Shown here: in pieces, positions 1 through 10,042 of the stretch
Layout of the letters: every line of letters begins with the position of its first letter
Position numbering within the stretch: the stretch's first letter is position 1
The notes under the pieces: generated by a model
Database searches by the model: none
Told to the model about the DNA's origin: nothing
The model's input: only the letters and a program-made list of their open reading frames with translations
Virus record (IMG/VR): IMGVR_UViG_3300042898_002099
Length of the DNA stretch: 64,000 bases
Strand: one strand, 5' to 3'
Origin: a virus
Translations under genes and position numbers: made by a program

Positions 1-517
1 TATGAATAGCCTGGTGCTTAACATCTGTACCGTGAATAGCATTAGCAACAGAAAGATTGGCGTGTGTGTGAATATTGCCATCTGAGTCTTTTGTAACAAC
101 AAGCGGGTCTTCATGTGTTGTTTCAACTTCTTCATTTACATCTTTATTCGATTGCATATAATCTCTAACTGTTGATATATAATCAGCACTTAAAGTAATT
201 TTACTCTGTACCCATTCTGCAAGGTTAGTATTATCTTCTAACATATCATGCACTGTCTGAGCATTGGCAATAATAGATCTCAGTTGAGACTTGGCCATAT
301 CGCCTTCATAGTCATACTCACGAGAATCTTTTGCCTCATTGGTTTTCTTTGCACCATAAGATGCGCCCAACGCCATACGAATACGTTCTTTTTTAGACTT
401 ACCGGCAAATTTAGGATTATCCGAATGGACAAAATCGCTAATATATTTGCCCGCAGGATCAGAAGCCTTTAGTTTTTCTTCTAAAGTTTCTTCTCTGATA
501 CTATTAAACGTTTTCAT
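1..517 (-). CDS. Partial head/prohead-associated protein (runs off window start)
   Basis: Not in ORF track. ATG at 517 reads MKTFNSIREETLEEKLKASDPAGKYISDFVHSDNPKFAGKSKKERIRMALGASY..., open to the edge. It lies after the gp67-like gene and has I/L-x-E motifs like T4 gp21 cleavage sites. Confidence 0.75.
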   Translation of the reverse strand, partial: MKTFNSIREETLEEKLKASDPAGKYISDFVHSDNPKFAGKSKKERIRMALGASYGAKKTNEAKDSREYDYEGDMAKSQLRSIIANAQTVHDMLEDNTNLAEWVQSKITLSADYISTVRDYMQSNKDVNEEVETTHEDPLVVTKDSDGNIHTHANLSVANAIHGTDVKHQAIH

Positions 518-695
518 TTTCTTGTTCTTCTACGTCTATTGTAGTTTTACCTATAGCTGATGCAATCTCTACTTTTCTAACATCAAGGGCATCAGAAATT
601 TTATTTGCCATTGCTGTATTAAAATCTTGTAAAGCGTCAGCCTGCTTGTTGTTGATAATATTATCAATCATATTTTGAATAACTGCGGATTCCAT
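504..695 (-). CDS. Prohead core protein, gp67-like
   Basis: Small helical protein directly downstream of portal, matching T4 synteny. Confidence 0.6.
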   Translation of the reverse strand: MESAVIQNMIDNIINNKQADALQDFNTAMANKISDALDVRKVEIASAIGKTTIDVEEQENENV

Positions 696-704
696 ACTTT
701 TTCC

Positions 705-2261
705 TTACTGTGAATTATTTATAGGTTCTTGTCCCGGAGGTAATTGGCCTGGGGGCATGCCCGGCATTCCAATTTGCGGCGGAGGACCTTCATCTTCAAT
801 TTGTGTCTTCATTTCTTGAATCTCTTTGTCAGACATTCTTAAAATATTTTTCATTACATAATCTTGACTGTAATATGCGCCTACAAAGGGCTGAACTTGA
901 TTCAATAAATCTATACGATTTCTTAAATTCTCAGCATTTTTCATTTCTTCAAAATACTGATCTTGTGCATATCTATATTGAATGTCATCTTTAATAACAT
1001 TCCAGTCTTTATCTGTTAGAACACCTTTTAAAATTAATTGTGTTCTTAACAAATCGCCAAATATTTCATTAAACTTTTTGCGTAATCTACCAACAAATTT
1101 GGCAAATTTTAATTCGTCTCTTGTTATCTCTGTTGCTCTACCAAAAGAAATACCAGTTTGCGGTTGCATTCTAGAAAGCGGAACATTTAATGCTTGATAT
1201 AATTTACCTTGGAAGTAATTAATATCTTCAATCTGTCCCAAATTTTCGCCGCCAGGTAATGTAGTAATCTCAGTACCTCTGCCGCCTTCTCTTCTTGGCA
1301 ACCAAAAATCTTCTAACATAGACATCATTTTACGATCATCTCGTATCTCGCCAGTATTAGAATCATAAACGATCTTATTACGATAACGAGCCATAATATC
1401 TTTTAAATATTGTTCAGCTTTCAATTTAGGCAAATTGCCCACATCAATATAAAATATTCTTCTTTCAGGTGCTCTAGCCAATCTATAGATTACTAAGGCA
1501 TCTTCCATCATCTTTAACTGATTCACAGGTTTAATGGCTTTATGTAAGTGACTTAACACTACATTTTTATCCAAATCCATAATCCCAGAAGGTACAAATG
1601 TTATTGCATCTGTTGATATCTTAATACCTTGCGTTGGGTTATTTGCAGTATAACCCGGATTATACGTAATACCTTTTTCATTATATAAGAAAAATTCTTC
1701 TACTGATTTGATAATATCAACACCAGTCTTTTGATCTTTCTCTTTTTTAACTTCTCTAATCTTTTTAATTTTTCTAGGATCTATAATTAGTGTTTCCAAA
1801 ATACCACGTTTTGGATTGCTAGTGTCTATAATCTTCTGAAAATAAATTCTTCCATCGATATACCATCTACGAAAATAATCAAATCCTCTAGTATCAAATT
1901 CAATCAATTTGTAAATCACTTCAAATTCTTTAATGATACTATCTTTAATATCTTGAGGAATCTTTGATTGATCCAAATTAATTTGTACTAATGCTTCATC
2001 ATCAACTGCTGCAATGGCCTCAGTTAAAATTTCATCAATAGCTGCGGATGTATCTGAATACATTGCCGCTTCACGATATCGTGTAATAAGTTCATACTCA
2101 GATTTCGCAGTCGCATCTAGATCAACGTATGTGCCAAAATGCCCACCCGCTTGTACTGTTGATGCACCGTCGTCAGAAACAGGAGTAGCGAAACCTTGCA
2201 GTTTACGATCTATCTCATCTTCCTCACGACTAATATTAAAACCAAATAATTTAATTGCCAT
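705..2261 (-). CDS. gp20: Portal vertex protein
   Basis: RAPERRIFYIDVGNLPK, EDFWLPRREGGRGTEITTLPGG and ITRDELKF motifs. Confidence 0.98.
   Translation of the reverse strand: MAIKLFGFNISREEDEIDRKLQGFATPVSDDGASTVQAGGHFGTYVDLDATAKSEYELITRYREAAMYSDTSAAIDEILTEAIAAVDDEALVQINLDQSKIPQDIKDSIIKEFEVIYKLIEFDTRGFDYFRRWYIDGRIYFQKIIDTSNPKRGILETLIIDPRKIKKIREVKKEKDQKTGVDIIKSVEEFFLYNEKGITYNPGYTANNPTQGIKISTDAITFVPSGIMDLDKNVVLSHLHKAIKPVNQLKMMEDALVIYRLARAPERRIFYIDVGNLPKLKAEQYLKDIMARYRNKIVYDSNTGEIRDDRKMMSMLEDFWLPRREGGRGTEITTLPGGENLGQIEDINYFQGKLYQALNVPLSRMQPQTGISFGRATEITRDELKFAKFVGRLRKKFNEIFGDLLRTQLILKGVLTDKDWNVIKDDIQYRYAQDQYFEEMKNAENLRNRIDLLNQVQPFVGAYYSQDYVMKNILRMSDKEIQEMKTQIEDEGPPPQIGMPGMPPGQLPPGQEPINNSQ
716..723 (-). 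promoter_or_regulatory. T4-type late promoter TATAAATA
   Basis: Exact gp55 consensus ~20 nt upstream of the gp67-like gene. Confidence 0.7.
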
Positions 2262-2282
2262 AATTTAATTCACTTTATATGA

Positions 2283-2858
2283 TTAAGCCAAAGTTGTAAT
2301 AGCGTCTACCAATTGTTGTGCTGGATTATTAGAGAATTCAAAAGTTTGATACTGGAAAGATACCGAGAATGTCGATAACTGATCGTTGCTACCAAAGTCT
2401 AAACCAACTGCTCCCAACTCAACTGGGAAGGCGCCTATTAATTTATATTGTTTCAGAACTGAACCATTACGATCCAATTGAGAAATAAACATATCTGTTT
2501 GATACTGAGCAGGCTGTAATGCACCTGTTTTATTTCCGAGATTTTCCATTCCGTTCATCCATTGTTCTATTGCGGATCTAATAGTAAATCCGGAATCATT
2601 TAGAACTGTACATTGGAACGGTGCAAATTCTCTGTCGCCAGCCATCTTAATTAGACGTCCTCTGTAATATACTGGAGCAACACCAATTGTTTGTCCTGGT
2701 AATTCAGCCACACTAATTAAAAATGGGGACTTTGTCACAGCCGCCGCTCGACCTGTGACATAGTTTGGAAATGTCAACTGAACCGCAAACTGATTGGGAC
2801 GAGCCCCACCGTTTGTTAGTTCGGATTTAAATCTCTCTACATTAAATGGTATTGCCAT
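2283..2858 (-). CDS. gp19: Tail tube protein
   Basis: GGARPNQF, ELPG and GR.IK.AGDREF motifs; lies between gp18 and gp20. Confidence 0.95.
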   Translation of the reverse strand: MAIPFNVERFKSELTNGGARPNQFAVQLTFPNYVTGRAAAVTKSPFLISVAELPGQTIGVAPVYYRGRLIKMAGDREFAPFQCTVLNDSGFTIRSAIEQWMNGMENLGNKTGALQPAQYQTDMFISQLDRNGSVLKQYKLIGAFPVELGAVGLDFGSNDQLSTFSVSFQYQTFEFSNNPAQQLVDAITTLA

Positions 2859-2873
2859 TTCTTATACTCCTAA

Positions 2874-5543
2874 TTAGGCGCCGACTTCTTCAAACGACAC
2901 GCCACTTCTTGTAGCTACAAAATTCAACTGAATAAAGTTGATTGCTCTTGCAGGCTTGATGAATATGTCTGCAACAAATTCATTACGGTCTACAACCGAT
3001 CCTGGATTATTTGTGTCATCACATATTACTCTAAAGTCTGTAATACCACGACGACCTTGCACATCTCTTAAGAATGGTTCAACAAGATTTCTAAATTGAG
3101 CTCTTGTAAACGGATCATTAAATTCAAATAATTGGAATTTAGATGCTGTAGAAATTGCTTTTTCTAATACGATAAACAATCTACGAACATTGATACGATC
3201 AAATGCACTTGGTCTTGCTAATAGAGTTTTATCTCCAAATAACAATGTTCCTTGTCCAGGGAATGTTACTACTGGGTTAATACCTTTCTTGTACAGATCA
3301 TCTCTGTCTGTCTTAGTAGGTGAGAAAGCCAATTTAACAACATTCTTAATAACGCCTCTGTTATAGCCTGCAGGAGAGAACCAAGGATCAGCAATGTAAT
3401 CTGTTCTTGCAGCTAAGCCTGCGACGTCACCATTTAATGGAACATATCGATATTTATCATTGTAACGATCGTACTGATATTTCCAACCTGAATCCAATAC
3501 CGCAAATGAGGAACTTGTTAAGGTATCTCTGTATGCTGCAATTTTGCTTGCTTGGTTCGTAGTATTAACTACATCTACATATGGAGGAGATACAAATACT
3601 ACACAATCTCTTCTTGCTTCAGCAATACCAATAACAGTATTAACTACACCAACATTTGTCGTTGGTCCCATTGGAATTAAGCTTACATCAAACAATTCGT
3701 CATTACTAAACAATTCATATCCGGCTTGGACATTTCCTGCAGAAACAGATGAGCCTGTTACACCGCCGGTTAATGTAGTTGTAATATTTGCAGTTAATGT
3801 TGCAAATGTTTTAGCCGAACCTGTTGTTCCCCAATTTGTTCCTGCTATTGGGTGATCCAACCAACTAATATATCTAGATTGATTGTTAATCACATCTTTG
3901 TAATAGTTTGTAGAATTGTCAGAATTTTTAGCGTCTGATGCTTTAGAAATATATGAGAATTTTTCAAGTACTGTACCAGCAGTACCTGTCCAATTTCCAG
4001 TTGCATCTAGAACAATTACGTGTAATTCATCTGCAGAACCATTTCTAGCAGAAACCCAAGCCGATGTGCCTGGAGCAGAATTGAATTGGTTGGCATATTG
4101 CCAGCCTGCGAATGTATTGGAATCAGCAACCGATACTTTTAATGAATTTCCCAATGTTCCTGGATATTTAGCAATAAATTCGCCATATCCAAATCCGCCT
4201 GTGCTATATTCGCTATCATATACATCAGAGTTTTCAATTAATAATGCGTCAAAAGATACAGTTGCGTTACCCGTTGCGGTAATATTTTGCGAATCTACAA
4301 TAGTAACTGTTGGTACCGATGTATATCCGGCGCCTGCATTTGTTATAGTAATACTAGAAAGCGTACGTCCGACAGATGCTACAGCTGCCGCATTACTACT
4401 AATAAAATTAGAGTCTCCTAATACTGGAGTAATAATTACATTAGGTCTTGTTACGTATCCAGAACCACCGTTTGTTACGATAATTGAATCAATTAGTGCT
4501 TCTATTCTAGCAGTTGCGTTAGCAGTTGCACCACCTAAAAGATTATTTTTATTAATAACAACATTAGGAGTAAACGTATAACCACCAGCACCAGGATTAA
4601 TGATGTTGATACTGTTAATAATACCGTATCCTAAATTGGCTGTTAAAACAGCACTAGTACCAGTGTTACCATCTAAACGAGTTAAAACAATATTAGGTGC
4701 GGCCAAATAGCCGTTACCATTATTTGTAATTGTATAACCTGTAATAATATTACCTGTAATAATAGGATATGCTGTTGCTTGTCTACCACCAGGAACTAAT
4801 ACACCACCAGAAATTGAAATATTACATGCTGTGTTTGCAGGTCCAAAGTTTGAACCTGGATTTGATATTTGAATATCTTTTAAACTAAAGTGTATTACTA
4901 AATTTGCGCTGGCGCTTGTTGAATCTTGATTTTGAATAACTACATTAGATAAACTATTATAGTTATTTCCTACGTCTTGAACATTTATAGCTCCAATTCC
5001 ACCCGATCCCAAAACAGCAGTTGCAGTTGCTCCAGAACCACTACCACCCTCGAAAGTAACTGTTGGTACGGCAGAATATCCAAAACCAGAAGTCGATAAA
5101 TTAATTTCACTAATTCTACCAGTTGTTGATAATACTGCATTGCCTAATGCTCTTGTACCATTAGTAGGTGCTGCAAATGTAACTGTCACGTCTGCAGCTG
5201 ATATAAATGTATTTGGTGTATTGGTAATTGTTACGCCAGAAACTCTACCAGAAGGTGTAGAAACTGCGTTTCTTGCAACAGATTTATCTGCTACTCTGAC
5301 TAATTTTAAATTATTTCCATATGATAAAAAGTTTGCCGCTGTGAAAAAATAACCTGCAGTATCATCATTTGGATTACCAAATTGTTCTACAAGATTTCTT
5401 TCCGTGTCTACGGTTGTAACTTTTTCGACCGGTCCCCATTGAAAGGCTCCCGAAAATGCTCCAGCAGAAGTTGCTACCGCGGGAACAACCGTACTTTTAT
5501 CTTCCTCGGTAACTAAAACGCCAGGTGAAAGCTGAAATGCCAT
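2874..5543 (-). CDS. gp18: Tail sheath protein with ~330-aa repeat insertion
   Basis: LSPGVLVTEED, FQWGP, WFSPAG and FDRINVRRLF motifs. Confidence 0.97.
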   Translation of the reverse strand: MAFQLSPGVLVTEEDKSTVVPAVATSAGAFSGAFQWGPVEKVTTVDTERNLVEQFGNPNDDTAGYFFTAANFLSYGNNLKLVRVADKSVARNAVSTPSGRVSGVTITNTPNTFISAADVTVTFAAPTNGTRALGNAVLSTTGRISEINLSTSGFGYSAVPTVTFEGGSGSGATATAVLGSGGIGAINVQDVGNNYNSLSNVVIQNQDSTSASANLVIHFSLKDIQISNPGSNFGPANTACNISISGGVLVPGGRQATAYPIITGNIITGYTITNNGNGYLAAPNIVLTRLDGNTGTSAVLTANLGYGIINSINIINPGAGGYTFTPNVVINKNNLLGGATANATARIEALIDSIIVTNGGSGYVTRPNVIITPVLGDSNFISSNAAAVASVGRTLSSITITNAGAGYTSVPTVTIVDSQNITATGNATVSFDALLIENSDVYDSEYSTGGFGYGEFIAKYPGTLGNSLKVSVADSNTFAGWQYANQFNSAPGTSAWVSARNGSADELHVIVLDATGNWTGTAGTVLEKFSYISKASDAKNSDNSTNYYKDVINNQSRYISWLDHPIAGTNWGTTGSAKTFATLTANITTTLTGGVTGSSVSAGNVQAGYELFSNDELFDVSLIPMGPTTNVGVVNTVIGIAEARRDCVVFVSPPYVDVVNTTNQASKIAAYRDTLTSSSFAVLDSGWKYQYDRYNDKYRYVPLNGDVAGLAARTDYIADPWFSPAGYNRGVIKNVVKLAFSPTKTDRDDLYKKGINPVVTFPGQGTLLFGDKTLLARPSAFDRINVRRLFIVLEKAISTASKFQLFEFNDPFTRAQFRNLVEPFLRDVQGRRGITDFRVICDDTNNPGSVVDRNEFVADIFIKPARAINFIQLNFVATRSGVSFEEVGA

Positions 5544-5594
5544 CTTCTTCTCCTTGATAATTTTATAGATAGCTCTATAATATGATTTTCTATT

Positions 5595-5602
5595 TATTTA
5601 TA
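5595..5602 (-). promoter_or_regulatory. T4-type late promoter TATAAATA
   Basis: Exact consensus in the gp17-gp18 intergenic region. Confidence 0.75.
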
Positions 5603-5613
5603 AGTATGTTCAT

Positions 5614-7299
5614 TTAGACATTTTCAAGGAATTTTCTTTGCATTTCGTGAATCTCATCTGGAGATTTGGATGATGCTGTAAACCATATTTCGTCAGTTGT
5701 TATTACTGGAGCTTCGTGTTCTGGAACTCCCCTATCAACAATACCAAACGGAGTCAGATTTTCTTCAATCTGTTTAAATTGTTCTTCGTACAGGGCTTTT
5801 CTTAAATTGCTATCAGTTAGGTCTTTAAAAAATGATTCGTTAGTTGCCCATGCAAACAGTACCAGAGTCATAACCAAATCGTCATGATACCCCTCGTCTG
5901 CTTTGTGTGTTCCCCGAACTTCAATAAACGTAGAAATTTCGTTTATAATATCTGGATCATGAATTAGTAATTTTGTGCCCTCAACTAAACTCTTGAACGA
6001 TGTACATCCCAATCGTTTAACTTGTTTAGTTGTTCTTACACCAAGGGTTGCCCCATTTGAAAATCCGCCAGACAGATACTGTCCCGATTTACTGTTATTT
6101 CCGACAAAGAATACATTTTCATATTCTAAGTCCATGTATAATGTATCAGCCACTTGTTGACCGTTATCATTAATCTCAACTAAGCAATATGCTTTGTTGT
6201 AATCTTTTGCTACTTTATATATTATATTTGGAAAAAGCAAAGGACTTATCTTGTTGTTTCTATACTTGGCAACTACGGAATACGGGTATGCTGTGATATC
6301 CAATACTGTAAATGCTGAGTAATCTCCCCCTACTCCTCTGGATGTATCAGCTACAAGCATATACACCTTGTCCTCTTCTGGTTCCACAAATACATCTAAA
6401 CCATCTTTACTATAGATATAGGGCTTAACCGACATTCTACCAATTGTGTCTGGATTGACTAGGGTATTAGAAGATCCAAGGAATCTACATAAAACTTCTT
6501 GGTTGAACTTGAGTTCGCCCAGCATAGCTTTTTGTTCTGCGGCCCATTTATCATCTCTACCAGGTATTTTGCTATATGGAATAAACAATGGAACAAAGCC
6601 ATTCAATTCTTGTTCAGCCTCATTCCAGAATTTCCAGAAGTGATTGTAACCAAGCGGTGTAGATGTTAATAAAATCTTTGTGGTATTACCAGCAGAAATT
6701 GTTGGATAAACAGATGTGAAGAAATCTTCTGCAACATTATTAGGAATAATTGCTGCCTCGTCAATGTACAACCAGTTTACAGATTTACCTCGAATACCGG
6801 ATGAGCTTGTTGCTGCTGTGAATACTTTAGAACCATTCTCAAGTTCAATGTCACCTTTGTTAAATGTCTTTACACCTTGTTGCATCCATATTGGAAGCAT
6901 CTCATACATTAGTTCGTATCTAGAAAGTACTTCTCGAGCAGCTGAAGATTTATTTGCTAGGATGGCGACTGTCTTATTTTCTTGAAATAACGTATACCAA
7001 AGAATACAGGCGGCGGCAGTAATTGTCTTGCCTTGTTGTCGACCTTCCATCAGTATAACTTTACGATTATTAAGTATAATGTTTACTTTTTCTTTTTGAC
7101 AATCGTATAATTTAAAAGGGATTAGACCTTTATCCAATGAAACAATTTTACAATAGTTCTCAATAAAGTAAATTGGATCTTGACTGCATTTTATAATTTC
7201 TTTAACCTGTTCCGAAGAATATGATATGACCGTACCAATCTGTTTTAGATTGGGGTTACCATTGTAGGATAATTTTTTATTGGTCGATGATGTTGTCAT
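5614..7299 (-). CDS. gp17: Terminase large subunit
   Basis: Walker A GRQQGKT, Walker B YIDEAA, STPLG, nuclease ADTSRG and HDDLVM. Confidence 0.98.
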   Translation of the reverse strand: MTTSSTNKKLSYNGNPNLKQIGTVISYSSEQVKEIIKCSQDPIYFIENYCKIVSLDKGLIPFKLYDCQKEKVNIILNNRKVILMEGRQQGKTITAAACILWYTLFQENKTVAILANKSSAAREVLSRYELMYEMLPIWMQQGVKTFNKGDIELENGSKVFTAATSSSGIRGKSVNWLYIDEAAIIPNNVAEDFFTSVYPTISAGNTTKILLTSTPLGYNHFWKFWNEAEQELNGFVPLFIPYSKIPGRDDKWAAEQKAMLGELKFNQEVLCRFLGSSNTLVNPDTIGRMSVKPYIYSKDGLDVFVEPEEDKVYMLVADTSRGVGGDYSAFTVLDITAYPYSVVAKYRNNKISPLLFPNIIYKVAKDYNKAYCLVEINDNGQQVADTLYMDLEYENVFFVGNNSKSGQYLSGGFSNGATLGVRTTKQVKRLGCTSFKSLVEGTKLLIHDPDIINEISTFIEVRGTHKADEGYHDDLVMTLVLFAWATNESFFKDLTDSNLRKALYEEQFKQIEENLTPFGIVDRGVPEHEAPVITTDEIWFTASSKSPDEIHEMQRKFLENV

Positions 7300-7702
7300 C
7301 TTTTTTACCTAACAATTTCATTAGTTCGCTAGTAGAACCAGCAAATACTACATTATTTTGAGTACCAATTTGAACTGGATCGTCAGCTTGCAATTCTTTA
7401 ACTTGTTTCTGTAATCCTAATAAATCTTTTGAGACATCAGATAAGGTTTTAATAAATTGCCCTGTTACCTCATAACTTCTAGGATGCTCAGAATTTTTAG
7501 ATAAACTAATTAATTCTTCCAAAGTATCCTCACCTTTTAGCAACAATTTTCTCATTGTTTGTCTGGCCAATTGGTAATCATCTTCCTGATCCATTGCTTT
7601 TGTTGCATTTAAATTTTCAGGAATTGAGGGTAAATTTGTATTTTCAGTTTCATCCATTGGATTTATATTAAAAATATCATTCAAATTTTCTATATTTTTC
7701 AT
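7277..7702 (-). CDS. gp16: Terminase small subunit
   Basis: DDYQLAR, HPRSYEV and FAGSTSELMK motifs. Confidence 0.92.
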   Translation of the reverse strand: MKNIENLNDIFNINPMDETENTNLPSIPENLNATKAMDQEDDYQLARQTMRKLLLKGEDTLEELISLSKNSEHPRSYEVTGQFIKTLSDVSKDLLGLQKQVKELQADDPVQIGTQNNVVFAGSTSELMKLLGKKDDNIIDQ

Positions 7703-7704
7703 AT

Positions 7705-8454
7705 TTAAAAGTCTTCAAAGTTTTCAATATATCCAAACGAATCAGTTACATTTGCAGTTACCGGATCAGGTTGTACTGTTATTATTTGTTGCTGAGATGT
7801 AAGTTCCGCATCATTAAAAATATTAGATGTTGTCTTTTTAATGATACCTTGTTTATTAACAGGACCATAAAAATTAAGTTTCATCACAAAACTTAATGTC
7901 CATATAATAGATCTTCTTGTAGTTAAGTCGCCCTCATAATCATCTTCGAATCCTATAGAATTCAAAATTATAGGCAAATCGTTTTTAATGTTAAGTTGCG
8001 GTACAGCTTTAATAGTTAAATTATAATCAGGATTAAAATAAGGTAGAATTTGTTCTATTACTTGTAATGCATCATCTTGATTTTTTGCATATACATATAA
8101 AATTACATTTATATTATACGGGGTAGGAGCATATTGTGCGTTTGCTGCAGTTGAACTATTAATTGTTCTTGATTGTTGTATTGGACTTATTTTTCTGTTA
8201 GGATCATAGTCCAACGAAATCATTTCAAATCCCATTCTAGGCAATAGAACTTGTACGTTTTGAACGTCTACATTAGGTTGTTGTCTTATCTTAGTTAAGA
8301 ATTTTTGTTTAGGTGAATATGACAGCGGTACTTTTTGTAGTTGCACTACATTGCCATCAGCATCTACTCTTTGTATGGTAATATTATTAAACATATTACC
8401 AAACGCAACGATTGCTTTACGTATTGTTCCCCAATAAAAACGTTGGTCTAACAT
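7705..8454 (-). CDS. gp15: Tail sheath stabilizer / terminator
   Basis: KVPLSYSPKQKF, LPRMGFE and QILPYFNP motifs. Confidence 0.95.
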   Translation of the reverse strand: MLDQRFYWGTIRKAIVAFGNMFNNITIQRVDADGNVVQLQKVPLSYSPKQKFLTKIRQQPNVDVQNVQVLLPRMGFEMISLDYDPNRKISPIQQSRTINSSTAANAQYAPTPYNINVILYVYAKNQDDALQVIEQILPYFNPDYNLTIKAVPQLNIKNDLPIILNSIGFEDDYEGDLTTRRSIIWTLSFVMKLNFYGPVNKQGIIKKTTSNIFNDAELTSQQQIITVQPDPVTANVTDSFGYIENFEDF

Positions 8455-9203
8455 TATTTACTAACCTCACCAAAAGGATTTCTTTCAGAAAAATCCAAAA
8501 CGTTATCTGCTTCTGCAGTAAAATAATCATTGTCTGCAGCACTAGGATCATTATTTGTAGTCTGTGCTTCATTAATTATTGGAGACAAAGAATTCGATTC
8601 TGTAACTAGAGTTTCGCCGTTTTCTTGTAGCATTTCAAAATTATCCAATGGATCAGCAAATTGATTAAACAGGTTATCTATTTCTTCGACACCGGTTTCA
8701 AACACCTCATTGGAATATTGCATTAATTCACAACTCATTCTAAAAACAAATAATTTACCCACTTGGAAAAACGGTGTTTGGCTGTCTACTTTTCTAATCT
8801 CAAATAAAGATTTTGTTAAAGGCATATAAATTATATCACCCTCAGCTGGTCTAATACTCAATACCGAATTGCCAGTTGAACCAATTGTTTCGACCCACCT
8901 TTTTCTAGAAACAACAAAATTCGCCTGGTCTCTGATTTCCAAACCGAATTTAGTAATTATTTCATCGTCACCATCGTAACCCGAAACATTTTCCATATAC
9001 ATCTCAATCGGATAAGCGTATTCATAACTGTTGTAAGGATCTTCTGTTAATATAGGATCAGGGTTGAAAGGTTTTCTAGGCAAATAATAGACTTCTACGC
9101 CGTAAATCTTCATGGATTCGATAATCAACTCTTCGTATAAATTCTGTTCAGAGCTACGACCTATCGTTTTGCCTGACTGAAAATAATGATTAACTGTTGC
9201 CAT
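8454..9203 (-). CDS. gp14: Neck protein
   Basis: YYLPR, KFGLEIRD, RPAEGD and ERNPFG motifs. Confidence 0.95.
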   Translation of the reverse strand: MATVNHYFQSGKTIGRSSEQNLYEELIIESMKIYGVEVYYLPRKPFNPDPILTEDPYNSYEYAYPIEMYMENVSGYDGDDEIITKFGLEIRDQANFVVSRKRWVETIGSTGNSVLSIRPAEGDIIYMPLTKSLFEIRKVDSQTPFFQVGKLFVFRMSCELMQYSNEVFETGVEEIDNLFNQFADPLDNFEMLQENGETLVTESNSLSPIINEAQTTNNDPSAADNDYFTAEADNVLDFSERNPFGEVSK

Positions 9204-9210
9204 TTTACTA

Positions 9211-9239
9211 TTGACTTCCTATTGACATGATGTTATCAT
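9211..9239 (+). promoter_or_regulatory. Sigma70-type promoter oriented antisense to gp13
   Basis: TTGACT-17 bp-TATCAT with extended -10 TG. Confidence 0.55.
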
Positions 9240-9271
9240 CATCTATGTACCGGTTTAATAAAGCCTACAAA

Positions 9272-10015
9272 TTATCCAGTAAACATATCCACTGGTAATT
9301 CAAATCTAGATTGCATCTCTGCTTCAATCTTGTTAATTTCCTCTAACGCATCTTCATATATTTTATCGGCATTAAGTGTAACTCCCCCCGGAAGTTGTAC
9401 ACCTGCAAACTTTTTAAGATTCTCTCCCCATTGTCTTTTAAATAGGGCAGTAGTATATTGCTTTAGAAATCTATCGTTATATACGTCTCTATATGTGTCT
9501 GGATCTAATATTCTGTAACATTCAACAATAATGTAATCACCGACATTAGCATCTGCGCCCCAATCCATATCTACGTATAATCGATTCATATGCCTATTAA
9601 ATCTAATTGGTTTAGTACCAACTAATACTTGATTAATTAATTCTAATTCTTGTTTAACCTGATAGTAATAAATCAAATTAGTAGACATTAAGCTATAAAG
9701 GTCATTAATTAAAATTTGGTATCTAATACTAAACATATTAGTACCATCTGATCTATCAGAAAATGGTAAAATTCTGTTGATACCTACAACAGTATCGGGT
9801 ACCGAAATATATTGATTAGTTAAATCTTGTGCAGTAAATTGATGTTTTAGATAAACCATTTCTACAGCATCATAATGATATTCTCTGTAGAATTGAAACG
9901 CGTCATCTATACGATCTTCAATTTGATCATCATCTACATTTATCTCAATAACAGGCGCACCTAATCTGCGCAGGCAATAATCTTTAAGTTGTTCTCTTGT
10001 TGTTACGGTTGCCAT
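9272..10015 (-). CDS. gp13: Neck protein
   Basis: LRRLGAPVIEINV and QWGENLKKF..VQLPGGVTLN motifs. Confidence 0.96.
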   Translation of the reverse strand: MATVTTREQLKDYCLRRLGAPVIEINVDDDQIEDRIDDAFQFYREYHYDAVEMVYLKHQFTAQDLTNQYISVPDTVVGINRILPFSDRSDGTNMFSIRYQILINDLYSLMSTNLIYYYQVKQELELINQVLVGTKPIRFNRHMNRLYVDMDWGADANVGDYIIVECYRILDPDTYRDVYNDRFLKQYTTALFKRQWGENLKKFAGVQLPGGVTLNADKIYEDALEEINKIEAEMQSRFELPVDMFTG

Positions 10016-10042
10016 AATAGTCCTTTAAATATATATCTACTT

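Noticed and set aside
3544-5352. + strand ORFs within gp18 (and similar ones within gp17, DUF4815, gp7, gp6, gp5)
   Set aside because: Antisense shadows of well-supported genes, with no motifs or RBS
5614-7299. Possible intein or intron in terminase, portal or ligase
   Set aside because: Lengths are normal and no Hint or homing endonuclease motifs were seen
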